Of a stretch of DNA of 64,000 nt, positions 32,857-43,744 are shown piece by piece. Positions within the stretch are counted from its first letter, which is position 1. Every line of letters starts with the position of its first letter. Location: the NCBI GenBank assembly GCA_963737155.1, contig CAVTRN010000002.1, forward strand, positions 2,880,001 through 2,944,000, written 5' to 3'. Below the pieces are notes generated by a model. That model saw only the letters and a program-made list of their open reading frames with translations, made no database searches and was not told the DNA's origin. Both the position numbers and the translations under genes were made by a program. The stretch is from Nitrospirota bacterium. Its GTDB lineage: Bacteria; Nitrospirota; UBA9217.

Positions 32857-32991
32857 AAATGAACCTCTCCGCAGCAAGCGCCAGGTATCTATAAAAAGGA
32901 GGACGATCATCTTTTGAGAAACCTGCGGTTTCTCAACTCTTCCCTCTATACAATTCCCTACAGCAAGCTGCAGGGAATTGCAGCCGAAATT
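32857..32991 (+). repeat. Hairpin miniature element, copy B
   Basis: GAACCTCTCCGCAGCAAGC...TTTGAGAAACCTGCGGTTTCTCAA...CAATTCCCTACAGCAAGCTGCAGGGAATTG. Confidence 0.88.
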
Positions 32992-33294
32992 TAACGGAAA
33001 CTTCATTTTCTCTTCATATTCCTGTAATATTTCCCCCATATTATATACAGTAGCATAAGAGAATGCCCCATGTTTCGACACTGTATGATTGTCTCCCTTT
33101 GCAAGAACGTAATAAGGGGACCAAAAACCACCCTTTGTTTTAGAGGTCGTCGGAGAAACCGTGAACTGCGCTGCATCTTCATGCTGTGCTAAGATACCCC
33201 CCTTGTTGGAGCAAGGTGTTCAATCTAGGATAGCGCTGATAGTCGTCGAACATTAAGTAATGAATTTGATTCAACCCAATAAGGAGACGCCATC

Positions 33295-33525
33295 ATGCCT
33301 AATCACACGACAACAGATCTTTCACAACACAGTTACAATAAAGACAATGATTTGCACGTCCACGCTATAGACAAACTCGTTCATGAGCTCGGCATCCCGG
33401 CTGAAGAAGTAAACCGGTCTTATCGGGAGGTTCTAGATGATCTAAAAAAAGATGTCAAAGCGAAGGCCACCCTCCCGATCCTCGCAAGCATAGGAGTCAA
33501 ACGACGTCTTCTGCAGAAACAGTAA
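33295..33525 (+). CDS. Small DUF3562-like protein
   Basis: AAGGAG RBS; AI..L..E.G.P.EEV...Y......L......LPIL pattern. Confidence 0.6.
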   Translation: MPNHTTTDLSQHSYNKDNDLHVHAIDKLVHELGIPAEEVNRSYREVLDDLKKDVKAKATLPILASIGVKRRLLQKQ

Positions 33526-33918
33526 TTGGTACGAACTATATGCCATGATGGCATTGTTCAGAATCTTCCGGGACGGGAGGCCTTGTGTCCCAGTACCCAT
33601 GCACGGCAATATTAATTAATAGCGAGCGGTACATTCTTTGTTCAAATCAGCACATATGGTCATGTATGTAGATTATATCGTCAGACAAATTATGCCTGCA
33701 TATAAAAAACAATTTGTCTATGTCAAAATTAGTAAATTTAGCTGATTTAATGCAATTTCTTAGACTCTAGAAATAAACGCGCCTGCATCTGGTAATTATC
33801 ATAGATGCAAATCTTATATAATTATAAAGTATTAGATCGAAGTCAATTTGACCTCACCCCAAATACCCCCTGTACAATAACCCCTTGTAAAATCACACTG
33901 ACAACCCCTGTAAAATCA

Positions 33919-33947
33919 TTGACATCACGGTGCACGAAGTGTATATT
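33919..33947 (+). promoter_or_regulatory. Putative sigma70 promoter preceded by three direct repeats
   Basis: TTGACA-17 bp-TATATT; CCCCTGTAAAAT-like repeats at 33866, 33881 and 33904. Confidence 0.5.
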
Positions 33948-34996
33948 CGCTTAAAATATGGCAATTGCGTATGCTGAATAATAGGTTACTATGCTCGCAA
34001 TTTGAATGTATGGTCAAACATAAGCAGCAACTGGTTAAACCTGCGTCTCGCATTCCCAGAAAATTGACAGCCTTGACCATCTCGTATTATATAACTAATT
34101 AAGGACATCCAGGTCACTATGATTTCTATTTAAAGCATAGAAATCATAGCCGTCAATGGCAGCCACAAGGCTCTTTTCTTTTGCTGTAGAAGGTCAACCT
34201 GCAGCAACATGAAACAAGATCGCGCCAAAGGTTCAACATCCTGTGCTTGCGCCGCCCGTATGTATTTAATCACTTCAGTTCCCCATTCCAAAGTGGTAAA
34301 CTATCTTTCATCTTGAAAGGTGGCCATAATTGAGGAACCGATTCAGCGCACGGCGGCACAGGTTCAAAGTCGTTGGTTTATTTTCGTGACCCAAACATGA
34401 AACTCAATGGAGGTTTCGAATCGTATATCGGCCTGACAGCTCGATATCATTCATTTCAGTAGTCGTTTTGCTACTTATCGCATGTAACAGTAATAATCCC
34501 GACCTACCGCAAATAATGGTCATGCTTGCCAGGCCAGTTATGGATAATATCCCTATCATCGATCATCAATCCCCGCAGGGATATGTGTGGCGGACACATG
34601 TGTTAGGCTGTTATAAATTTTGAATAAAAAACTGCAGAGAAGATGTGAAAGGATAGGGCATGGTTGAAGATTTTCGGTCCATTAAAAGATCTAATCGTTT
34701 CGGCATGATCTTGACTTGGTGCAACTCCATGTTCCCAAAAACCTAGTTGTAGCCATTTCCACTGATTCGGGCGGATTTTCTTGAAAACTACCTTTTTGAG
34801 ACAATCGAGCATTTATGCAAGCTCACCGCAGTAGAATGCGAGAACGTAAAAAGAACTGGCCCATATATTCATATTTCTTAATTAATCTTACGAATGCCTA
34901 CTTTAGAGCGTATTTAATCTTGAACTATTTGATAAAGGGACCACCATCTCAGGACCTGCAATCATTGTGGTCTTATGAGTTCCCTCGGAGCATTTA

Positions 34997-36274
34997 ATGA
35001 AAGTTGACACGATGAGAAAAATGGATTATTTTGTCGGCGTGCCTCTGTGCTTTGCGGGGACGATCATAAAGAAGCTGTTCGCCCTCTTTGCGAAACCGAG
35101 GACCGGCTCCCGGCCTGGGAACATAATGTTGATTGAGCTTTCGGAGATGGGCAGCACAATCCTGGCGGACCCGGCGATGCAAAAGTTGAAGCTAGCGTTG
35201 CAGGCCAATATCTTTTTCGTCATCTTCAAGAGAAACCGCCCGAGTTTGGGACTTCTGGGCACCGTCCCGCAAGAGAATATTTACACCATCGACGACAGCT
35301 CGTTCCTTGCGCTCGTTGCCGATGCGGTCAAGCTTCCGTTCTGGTCGCGTCGGAAGGACATCGATACGATCATCGACATGGAGCTCTTTTCCCGATTCTC
35401 CGCATTGCTGACGGGATTTTCCGGGGCGCGGTACACCGTGGGATTTCATGCTTTCCACAATGAGGGGCTGTACCGTGGTGATTTCTTGACGCATAAGGTG
35501 TCCTATAACCCTCACCAGCATATGTCAAAAAACTTTATCGCACTTGCAAACGCCCTGATAAAAGATAAAGCCGAAATTCCGTTCTCGAAGACGTTCATCT
35601 CTGATGATGAGACTAAGCTGCGCAAACTTGATACGGGCGAGCTTGCACAGGAATCGATTCGGCGAAAAATCAAAGAAGTCTTTCCCGCTTATGAAGCGGG
35701 GCTGCACAGGATCATCCTCTTTAATGCCAACGCTTCGGAGTTGCTCCCCATTCGGCGGTGGCCGCAAAAACATTATATCATACTGGCAGGGATCATTTTG
35801 GATAGTTATCCGGATGTGGTCATACTGCTGACAGGAGGCGAGGACGATCGAGCGTGGCTTGAGGCTATAAGTTCAGCTGCCCGTAACGAGCGATGTATCA
35901 ACTTTGCTGGACAGACAAGTCTTGCGGAGCTACCCGCTCTATACTCGGTGAGCGCTTTTATGCTGAGCAACGATTCAGGCCCTCCGCACTTCGCATCGGT
36001 AACCGACATGCCTGTCTTCGTTTTTTTCGGTCCGGAGACTCCAAAGCTCTACTGCCCGCTCGGCAATGCGACGCCGATCTACGCCAACCTTGCGTGTTCG
36101 CCCTGCGTCTCTGCGGCAAACCATCGCAAGACTGTGTGTAGCGACAATGTCTGTCTCCAGGTAATCTCTCCAGAGCAGGTCTACGGCATTGTCCGGCCGA
36201 TGCTGGATGAGATCAAAATTGATAAAGTCATAGAAAGTCAGAAATCCGCCATTGTGGCACACAGAGACAGTTAA
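34997..36274 (+). CDS. Glycosyltransferase family 9 (heptosyltransferase-like)
   Basis: SEMGS, RRWP, SNDSGPPHFAS, FFGPE, CSPC motifs. Confidence 0.88.
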   Translation: MKVDTMRKMDYFVGVPLCFAGTIIKKLFALFAKPRTGSRPGNIMLIELSEMGSTILADPAMQKLKLALQANIFFVIFKRNRPSLGLLGTVPQENIYTIDDSSFLALVADAVKLPFWSRRKDIDTIIDMELFSRFSALLTGFSGARYTVGFHAFHNEGLYRGDFLTHKVSYNPHQHMSKNFIALANALIKDKAEIPFSKTFISDDETKLRKLDTGELAQESIRRKIKEVFPAYEAGLHRIILFNANASELLPIRRWPQKHYIILAGIILDSYPDVVILLTGGEDDRAWLEAISSAARNERCINFAGQTSLAELPALYSVSAFMLSNDSGPPHFASVTDMPVFVFFGPETPKLYCPLGNATPIYANLACSPCVSAANHRKTVCSDNVCLQVISPEQVYGIVRPMLDEIKIDKVIESQKSAIVAHRDS

Positions 36275-36378
36275 ATAAATTATTAAATTGGTTTACTCCG
36301 AGCCTGCGGTGATCCCATGGTTAATTCAGATTTTTATGGGTTCCTCAGAATTGGCGCAATATAAGGAGCAGTATTATA

Positions 36379-38082
36379 ATGTTCTCATTGGTAACAGAAT
36401 CTCCTGCGCAGGGAGGGTTAGATCAGGGGATCACGAAACGGGACTATCTTTCCATTCTCGTTCTGTGCGCTCTCTGCATCGTTGTTTTGTTCTTTCAACT
36501 GGGCGACAGACCCTTGTGGGATGTCGATGAGGGCATGCACGCCGCAACATCAAAAGATATGGTCTTGACCGGTGATTGGGTCACTACCAAGTCAAACGGC
36601 GTAAATTTTTATGACAAGCCGGTGCTCTTCAACTGGTTTGCCGCAATCTCATTCGTCGTATTCGGGTTCACAGCGTTTGCGGCACGGCTGCCGGCCGCAG
36701 TCCTCGGTCTTGCGACGGTCCTCGTGAGCTACGCGTTCGGAAGGCTATTGTTTGGCTCCCGGGCCGGTCTTCTGGCAGGCGTGGTCCTAGCCACCAGCCC
36801 GGAGTTCATCGTCCTTTCCCGAACGGTGATGCACGACATCTCCCTGGCCTTCTTCATCAGCCTAGCCCTGTATTTCTTTTACGCCGCGTTCAGCAATCAA
36901 CGGCATCGCCGGATACGCCTGTTTCTGTGTTATGCCGCGATGGGTTTCGCCGCCTTGGCCAAGGGGCCCATCGGGCTCCTGCTGCCAGGCATGATCATCG
37001 GTCTCTTTCTCCTAGTAAAGGGCAGACTCAATTTCCTGAAGGAGATGTCCCTGGGATGGGGAACACTTATTTTTCTGCTCGTCGCCGCGCCCTGGTACGT
37101 GCTCATAAGTATGAGAAACCCGGATTATCTATCGTATTTTTTTCTCAAGCTAAATTTCGGGAATTTCCTATCGAATACGCAAGCCCATCATCTCCAGCCT
37201 TTTTATTACTATATTCCAGTCCTGCTTGGCGGCATGCTGCCGTGGTCATGTTTCATACCCCTGGCCTTTCTCCGGCCCCTGAATAGGAAGCTGCAGAAGA
37301 TCGACGATGGTGTACTTTTTCTTCTGTGCTGGTTCCTGGTGATCTTCCTCTTCTTCTCTGTGGCGAGCTCCAAACTCGGCACCTATATCCTGCCTGCATT
37401 ACCGGCGGCTGCTTTGCTGATCGGGAGGGCCTGGCAGGAAATCATGACGACCCCGACTCCCGGCTTGCACCGAGGCACTACCTGGTCCCTCGCACCCCTG
37501 CCAGTTTTCTTCCTGGCGGGTACGGCGTTCATTATGCTGTTCCAACCGCAGGTAATAAAGTTACAACTGCAGTACGGAATAAACCTTCATGACCTGTATG
37601 GTTTCTTGCTTATGTTCACCGGCATCGTGACCGTCGCCTTTTTCTTCCATGTCTTCCGGCATTACCGTGCTTCCTTTGCGACCCTAGCCGCGACATTCGT
37701 CGTGGGGATCATCGTTGTCAACACGGTTTATATTCCCCTTATCAATCCCTATCGCTCTACCCTGGCACTGGCAAAGGAAATGGACGGTATGCTTCCTCCT
37801 GGGGAGAAGCTCGTTTTTTTCGGAAGGATAAGAGATACGGCCTTGTTCTACACGAATCGCAGGGCAGCCATTCTCTCCAGTGAACAAGAGCTGCTGAACT
37901 ATTTCGCTTCAAATAAAAGGGCCCTGTGCGTCATCGACCGGGAACAGTACCAGAAGTTTGAACGCGTGCTCAAATGCTCCTACGTCTTGGGGGAGGAAGG
38001 AGACAAACTGCTCATATCCAACAGACCGACGTCTTTATCTTATACAGCGGGCGGACCGGCAGCAAACTGCCGACAGGAATGA
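36379..38082 (+). CDS. ArnT-like GT-C glycosyltransferase
   Basis: DVDEG, GDWVT...NG...YDKP, ARLP, AKGP and YILP motifs; many TM helices. Confidence 0.88.
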   Translation: MFSLVTESPAQGGLDQGITKRDYLSILVLCALCIVVLFFQLGDRPLWDVDEGMHAATSKDMVLTGDWVTTKSNGVNFYDKPVLFNWFAAISFVVFGFTAFAARLPAAVLGLATVLVSYAFGRLLFGSRAGLLAGVVLATSPEFIVLSRTVMHDISLAFFISLALYFFYAAFSNQRHRRIRLFLCYAAMGFAALAKGPIGLLLPGMIIGLFLLVKGRLNFLKEMSLGWGTLIFLLVAAPWYVLISMRNPDYLSYFFLKLNFGNFLSNTQAHHLQPFYYYIPVLLGGMLPWSCFIPLAFLRPLNRKLQKIDDGVLFLLCWFLVIFLFFSVASSKLGTYILPALPAAALLIGRAWQEIMTTPTPGLHRGTTWSLAPLPVFFLAGTAFIMLFQPQVIKLQLQYGINLHDLYGFLLMFTGIVTVAFFFHVFRHYRASFATLAATFVVGIIVVNTVYIPLINPYRSTLALAKEMDGMLPPGEKLVFFGRIRDTALFYTNRRAAILSSEQELLNYFASNKRALCVIDREQYQKFERVLKCSYVLGEEGDKLLISNRPTSLSYTAGGPAANCRQE

Positions 38083-38101
38083 TAGATAGCAGGCGAAAAT
38101 A

Positions 38102-39169
38102 ATGAATAGCTATTTGGACGAAGAAAAAAATACACCCCTCGCCCCCAGCGAAGGGGATGGCCCGAAGCTCTGGGGCTGGCATTCTCTCGCGAGCATCGCC
38201 ATCACTGTTGCGCTTCTTGTCATTTTGGCGTCGTATGTGGACTTGGCGCAGGTCTGGCGGGAGTTGATCGCCAGCGACAAGCAGCTGCTCGTTCTCGCTG
38301 CGCTCTCACATTACGGCACCTATCCGGTGCGAGGAATCCGCTGGAGAAGAAGCCTGAACCACGTACCGCATCGCTGCGGCAACGCCAGTTTCGGGCTCCT
38401 CGTGTTCTTTTACAATTTTGTGGACAACGTGGTGCCGGCCAAGTTGGGAGACATCTATGCCTCGCACCTTGCTCGCATCAACTGTGGGGTCCGTCGCTCG
38501 GCCGCCCTGGGCTCCATCATTTTTCTGCGTATGATCGATGCATGGCTCGTCCTAATCCTGGCTTTAGGTGCTTCGTGGTACCTTTTCGAAGCGGCGTTCC
38601 CAAAGTCTGTTGCCTGGGCCTTGGTGATCGCGCTTTTGATCGCTCTTGCCTCCAGCTCCGTTATAGTGGTCTTTATCGTACTAAAGCGTGCCGTGCCGGC
38701 TTGGGTACCCGAGACTGTTCGCCAGAGGATTGGCGCTTTTCATACCGGCATGCTGCCGAACCGGGAAGAAATCATTCCCATTCTTTTCCTGACCATGGTC
38801 ATCTGGACAATGGAGTCAATGTGGTTTTTTCTCCTTGCTAGGGCGTTTCATGTGCATCTCAACGCGGGAGAGGCCCTGTTCCTGACCATGATCCCCATGA
38901 TCGTCACTGCGTTCCCTTTAACCCCATCCGGCGCTGGCGCTGTAGAATTGACGCTCTTCAGCTGTCTTCGTCTCGTGGGTGTAGCAATACCGCTTGCTGC
39001 ATCTCTTACTGTCGTGAACCGGTTCATCGATTTCTGGTTGCACATCCTCTTGGGCGCCTTCACGTGGATGATCAGGAGAACGATCCCCCTCCGTACATGG
39101 AAAGACAGCCCAGACAGGGGCGACACGACAATCAATACTACCACCATTGAAAAGGAGATAGCGCCTTGA
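38102..39169 (+). CDS. Lysylphosphatidylglycerol-synthase TM-region (flippase-like) protein
   Basis: RGIRW, NVVPAKLGD, P.TPSGAGAVE motifs. Confidence 0.85.
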   Translation: MNSYLDEEKNTPLAPSEGDGPKLWGWHSLASIAITVALLVILASYVDLAQVWRELIASDKQLLVLAALSHYGTYPVRGIRWRRSLNHVPHRCGNASFGLLVFFYNFVDNVVPAKLGDIYASHLARINCGVRRSAALGSIIFLRMIDAWLVLILALGASWYLFEAAFPKSVAWALVIALLIALASSSVIVVFIVLKRAVPAWVPETVRQRIGAFHTGMLPNREEIIPILFLTMVIWTMESMWFFLLARAFHVHLNAGEALFLTMIPMIVTAFPLTPSGAGAVELTLFSCLRLVGVAIPLAASLTVVNRFIDFWLHILLGAFTWMIRRTIPLRTWKDSPDRGDTTINTTTIEKEIAP

Positions 39170-40584
39170 ACATCCATACCATACAACTTTTGCGCGTCAG
39201 TTCGTCAGTAGACAAGGACGTGGAGCACCCACAGTTCTTCGATCCTCCCTACGCGCTCAAATGCCTCCAGGCCGGCCTAGAAGAGAAGGTGGACCTACAG
39301 GTCCATCTTCTCGATTGCTGGATTAGACCGATGAGCATCTCTAGCCTGCTGGACCATTCGGCATCCATTAGGCCGGACCTCGTGGTCGTTTCAGCATCGA
39401 GCTTCGACATCGACGTGGCCGACCAGTACGTCAATGCCTTGAAGACGCAGGAACATCCGCCCCTCGTCATCGGAATCGGCCAGGGTTTTTATCACCACCG
39501 GGACCGGGACCGGGAACAAACGGAAATGTACGACGCTATCCTGCTGGGAGAACCGGAGCAGGAGTTCTTTCGGCTCTTCGACCAAGTATGCGCTAACAAC
39601 ATGGCCTCGGCCGACTGGAAAACACAATATCGAAAATACTTTGACGACGGTAAACGTTTTATGGTTGAAGAACCGGACAGGCTGATTTTTCCTTCGTACA
39701 CGACCGACGAATTGGCTGCCTATCAATCCATATTCCCGGTACAGATCCCGCATCGCGCGGTCTGGGGTTACCTCGTTGCTACTCGGGGTTGTCCCCATAA
39801 CTGTATGTTCTGCAGTGAAGTGATGCGCGTCAGTACTGGCAAGAAACTCAGAAGCCGCTCGGCCGCTAGCGTGGCCGATGAGATGGAGCACCTGGCCAAG
39901 CAAGGCGTCAACATCTGCTCATTCCAGGACGACAGCTTTTCGGCAAACCGAAAGTTTATGCAGTCTCTCTGCGAGGAATTGATCAATCGCGCATCGAGGA
40001 TGCCCTGGATGGCCAGAGTCCGCGTGGATGAGCTTAACTACGAGTTGCTGGCACTCATGAAGAAGGCAGGCTGCGTCATGCTAGGCATCGGCGTAGAGTC
40101 GGGTAGCGAGCGGATCATTAAGGCCATGCAAAAACAGAGCGCCAACCGCCCATGGATCGAGCTTTGCAGACAGGTCTTCGGCTGGACCCGGGACCTGGGT
40201 ATCGGCACGAACGCCTACTACGTGATCGGGAATCCGACGGAAACAAGGGAAGAGATCGAACAAACGATCCAACTAGCGCTGGAGCTCAACTCCGACAGCA
40301 TCCAGGTCCACTTCTTTACTCCCTATCCCGGTTCGAAGTCCTGGGACATGTATAAAAGCCAGTTGGCCGATTCCGTATCAAAGCAGCTCTACCATTATGC
40401 CCCTCCGCTTCTGTCGTTAGCAGCCATGCCACCCCACGAATTGGTGAAACTGCGCTCAAGCTTCTACAAGCGCTACCTGTTCAGGCCTCGGTTCGCCCTG
40501 CGCCACCTGTGGCGATATGGGTCATTCTACCTGCACAATTTCAACATATTCTGGAGCCTGCTGGGCATCAGAAAAATATTTTGA
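39166..40584 (+). CDS. B12-binding radical SAM enzyme
   Basis: N-terminal cobalamin-binding-like domain, GEPE, TRGCPHNCMFC (CX3CX2C), FQDDSF, GVESGS, PYPGS. Confidence 0.9.
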   Translation: MNIHTIQLLRVSSSVDKDVEHPQFFDPPYALKCLQAGLEEKVDLQVHLLDCWIRPMSISSLLDHSASIRPDLVVVSASSFDIDVADQYVNALKTQEHPPLVIGIGQGFYHHRDRDREQTEMYDAILLGEPEQEFFRLFDQVCANNMASADWKTQYRKYFDDGKRFMVEEPDRLIFPSYTTDELAAYQSIFPVQIPHRAVWGYLVATRGCPHNCMFCSEVMRVSTGKKLRSRSAASVADEMEHLAKQGVNICSFQDDSFSANRKFMQSLCEELINRASRMPWMARVRVDELNYELLALMKKAGCVMLGIGVESGSERIIKAMQKQSANRPWIELCRQVFGWTRDLGIGTNAYYVIGNPTETREEIEQTIQLALELNSDSIQVHFFTPYPGSKSWDMYKSQLADSVSKQLYHYAPPLLSLAAMPPHELVKLRSSFYKRYLFRPRFALRHLWRYGSFYLHNFNIFWSLLGIRKIF

Positions 40585-40604
40585 TGCAAAAGGAGAAATG
40601 AAGC

Positions 40605-41867
40605 ATGGCAATCATCGGCACCATTCCGCGACGATGCGTTAACCTTCCACCGGGGGCGCTTCGCACACTCATAACCTCTGCACTGACGAACACGGTTCAA
40701 GAGGGCCCGGCGCTCGAGGCCTTTACAAAAAAGTTCAGCTCCTGGCTGGGCGCACCTCACGTGTTTGGAGCCGCCTCAGGTAGGTCAGCCTTTCAATTTG
40801 CCCTGGAATCGCTTGGGCTGGAAAAGGGAAAAGAGATCATCTTTCCTGCCTTCACTTTTCCTGTCATGCCCATGGTTGCCAAGATGCTGGGCTACAAACC
40901 GGTATTCTGCGACGTGGATCCCGTGACATTCAATTCTGGACCGAAGCAGATCGATCCTCTTATCAATGAGCGAACTGGCGCTGTGCTTGCGACCCATCTC
41001 TTTGGCCAACCATGCTTGATCCGAGAGATCGCCGAACTCGCAAAAAAGAAAAATATTCGTCTTTTGGAGGACTGCGCCCATGCCTTGGGAGTGCGCATTG
41101 ACGGCCGCTCTGTAGGAACCTTTGGCGACATTGGGATCTACAGTTTTGCCGAAGGCAAGAACATGCCCTGTTTCGGAGGTGGTGCCATCGCCACATCCGA
41201 TGATGAAATCGCGAAGCGAGCCAGGAACATTCTCGCAAAGGCACCCATGCCCATGAAGGGAAAAATCCTGAAAAAAGCAGCCTTCATCTGGATGCTGTGG
41301 CTCCTGACCCGACCCGAGGTCTTCAGCATAACTGTGTATCCAGTTTTACGCCTCAAACTTCTTCTGGGAAAACCTCTCATGGACTCGGAAGTCGGCGATG
41401 AGCTTCTGAGCACCTTTGCTTCGTCGAATCCCCATATATACAAGCTGGCCAATCTACAGGCAGCCATCGGCCTTCTTCAGCTAGACCAAATCGACGCCTT
41501 TAATGAGGGAGCGAGGCGCAATGCGAGGATACTCTCCGAGAGCCTCAATGGGATAACTAAGATCAACTTTCCGGCCTCGACAACAGGCGACCATATTTAT
41601 GTTTATTACCCTTTGACCGTTGAACCATCAAAGCGAAACGACCTTCGTGCCTATTTGCTCAAAGAGGGCTTCGACACAAAAAATACGGACATGTCCGATT
41701 GTTCCCGGCTCGAACCCTTTTGTGAGCGTGGCGGCACCCCGCATGGCCAAGGTGGCCCCAAGGAAGCCTCGATCCTGGAGATTTGCGTCTATCCCGTGAT
41801 CTCCGGAAAGAACATCAAGCGGCTCGGCCGGGCCATCCGGGCCTGGGCCCAAGACGAAATACGGTAA
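40605..41867 (+). CDS. DegT/DnrJ/EryC1/StrS-family aminotransferase
   Basis: THLFGQP, EDCAHA, SFAEGKN (PLP Lys), GGG. Confidence 0.88.
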   Translation: MAIIGTIPRRCVNLPPGALRTLITSALTNTVQEGPALEAFTKKFSSWLGAPHVFGAASGRSAFQFALESLGLEKGKEIIFPAFTFPVMPMVAKMLGYKPVFCDVDPVTFNSGPKQIDPLINERTGAVLATHLFGQPCLIREIAELAKKKNIRLLEDCAHALGVRIDGRSVGTFGDIGIYSFAEGKNMPCFGGGAIATSDDEIAKRARNILAKAPMPMKGKILKKAAFIWMLWLLTRPEVFSITVYPVLRLKLLLGKPLMDSEVGDELLSTFASSNPHIYKLANLQAAIGLLQLDQIDAFNEGARRNARILSESLNGITKINFPASTTGDHIYVYYPLTVEPSKRNDLRAYLLKEGFDTKNTDMSDCSRLEPFCERGGTPHGQGGPKEASILEICVYPVISGKNIKRLGRAIRAWAQDEIR

Positions 41868-41913
41868 GACATTTTATTATTTTTTTGAAATTCGAAAGGA
41901 ACAGAAACTGCGT

Positions 41914-43090
41914 ATGGACATCCTTGCAGACCGGCTGAAAAACATTCCGCCCTACCTTTTCATGCAGCTCCGCGACAAGATCAGGAAAGCCCAGGCTGAC
42001 GGCGTGGATCTCCATCTCCCTTGCCATTGGGGACCCTGTCGAACCCACGCCTGCCTACATCATAGAAGCGCTGAGAGAGGCTGTGCTCGATCCGGCGAAC
42101 CATCAGTATCCCACTGATGAGCACAAAGGCATGCTGGTATTCCGGCAGGCTGTTGCACGATGGTACGAACGGAAGTACCGTGTGACGCTTGATCCGGAAA
42201 CCGAGGTACTTGCCCTCAATGGCTTGAAGGAGGGTATTCATAATTTTATTATGGCAACCGTCAATCCAGGCGATATCGTGCTGATGACGAATCCTGGGTA
42301 TCCAGCATACCGAGCCAATATCCATATGGCAGGCGCCGAAGCCTACGATGTTCCTCTGCTGGAAAAAAATCGTTTTTTACCTGCTTTCGAGGAAATCCCA
42401 GGAAATGTATGCCGGAAGGCAAAGGCATTCTTCCTCAATTACCCGAACAATCCCACCGGTGCTTGCGCTGACGGCACTTTTTTTTCGCGATTGGTCGCTT
42501 GGGCCAAAGAACAGAAAATATTGCTGCTAAACGATAATCCTTACAGCGAAATAGTTTTCGCGACCGATCGCAGGCAAAGTTTGCTTCAAGTCCCGGGTGG
42601 AAAAGAAGTGGCAGTAGAGTTCAACTCATTAAGCAAGGCATACAACATGACCGGCTGGCGTATCGGTATGGCCGTGGGCAGCGACAAGATCATTCACGCT
42701 ATGTCCAGATACAAGGAGAATGTGACATCCGGTGTGTTCAACGCCATTCAGCTTGCCAGTGTCAGGGCAATGGATGCAGGCGACCAAGATATCGAAAACA
42801 TGCTCACAATATATAAGCGGCGGCGTGATATGGTTTTGCATATTTTCAACGGGATCGGTATCTTTGCGACGGGCGGTGGTGGAACATTCTACCTGTGGCT
42901 CGCCGTACCTCCGGGTTTTTCCTCGTTGGAGTTCGCCACACTACTTTTAGAAGAAGCGGGCGTACTCGTGACGCCGGGCATTGCATACGGACAATATGGG
43001 GAGGGATATTTCCGCCTTTCGCTCACGGTGCCGGATGACCGCTTGAAGCAGGCCTTGGAACGAATTTGCAGAACCCTCAAAAGAGGATGA
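41914..43090 (+). pseudogene. Class I/II aminotransferase (LL-DAP aminotransferase-like), +1 frameshift near 42013
   Basis: ADRLKNIPPYLF...GVD, then an extra C, then ISLAIGDP..PTP in the next frame; NYPNNPTG, SLSKAYNMTGWRIG. Confidence 0.8.
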
Positions 43091-43326
43091 TGGCGCATGT
43101 GCACTGGTTTTTCGTGCAAGGTACTAGACTAGGTCTCTGACTGGTTCACCGCAGATGGTTTTTCCCCTCCTTAGGAGCATGATAATTGTGAACGGAAATC
43201 GCCAAAGATACCGCGAACAGTTTTTGCTTTGGCCTAATAATTGGGAATCAATACAAATCGAATAGAGTTCGTCTTTTTCGTATGGCCGATTAACACCACA
43301 TTTTGTAAATAATGCTGGAGGGTATT

Positions 43327-43659
43327 ATGGGAGATTATTACAAGCCTGAAGATCTGGACCGGTTCAGCGAAGTAGGGAAGCACAACCCGGAGCTATTCAA
43401 GAAGTTTCTTGCATGGTACACCGCTGCTCTCGCACCCGGCACTCTGACGAAACGGGAAAAAGCACTGATCGGTGTAGCTGTTGCGCACGCGGTTCAGTGT
43501 CCATATTGTATTGATGCTTATACCAAAGCCTGCATGGAAGAAGGAATGAGCCTGGAACACATCACCGAGGCGGTACATGTGGCAGCCGCGATCAGGGGCG
43601 GCGCGTCCCTCGTGCACACGATCCAGGCGCACAACGTTGCAGACAAGCTGTCTTTGTAA
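43327..43659 (+). CDS. AhpD/CMD-family peroxidase-like protein (arsenosugar-biosynthesis-associated type)
   Basis: YY.PEDL..F, REKALI..AVAHAVQCPYCIDAY, AAAIRGGASLVH; GGAGG RBS. Confidence 0.85.
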   Translation: MGDYYKPEDLDRFSEVGKHNPELFKKFLAWYTAALAPGTLTKREKALIGVAVAHAVQCPYCIDAYTKACMEEGMSLEHITEAVHVAAAIRGGASLVHTIQAHNVADKLSL

Positions 43660-43744
43660 CGGATTACCATCATTCAGGAGTCAGCCTTTCACCAGGAAGA
43701 AATTTCGGCGCATCCATAAACGCGATCTAGCAATTCTCGACGAC

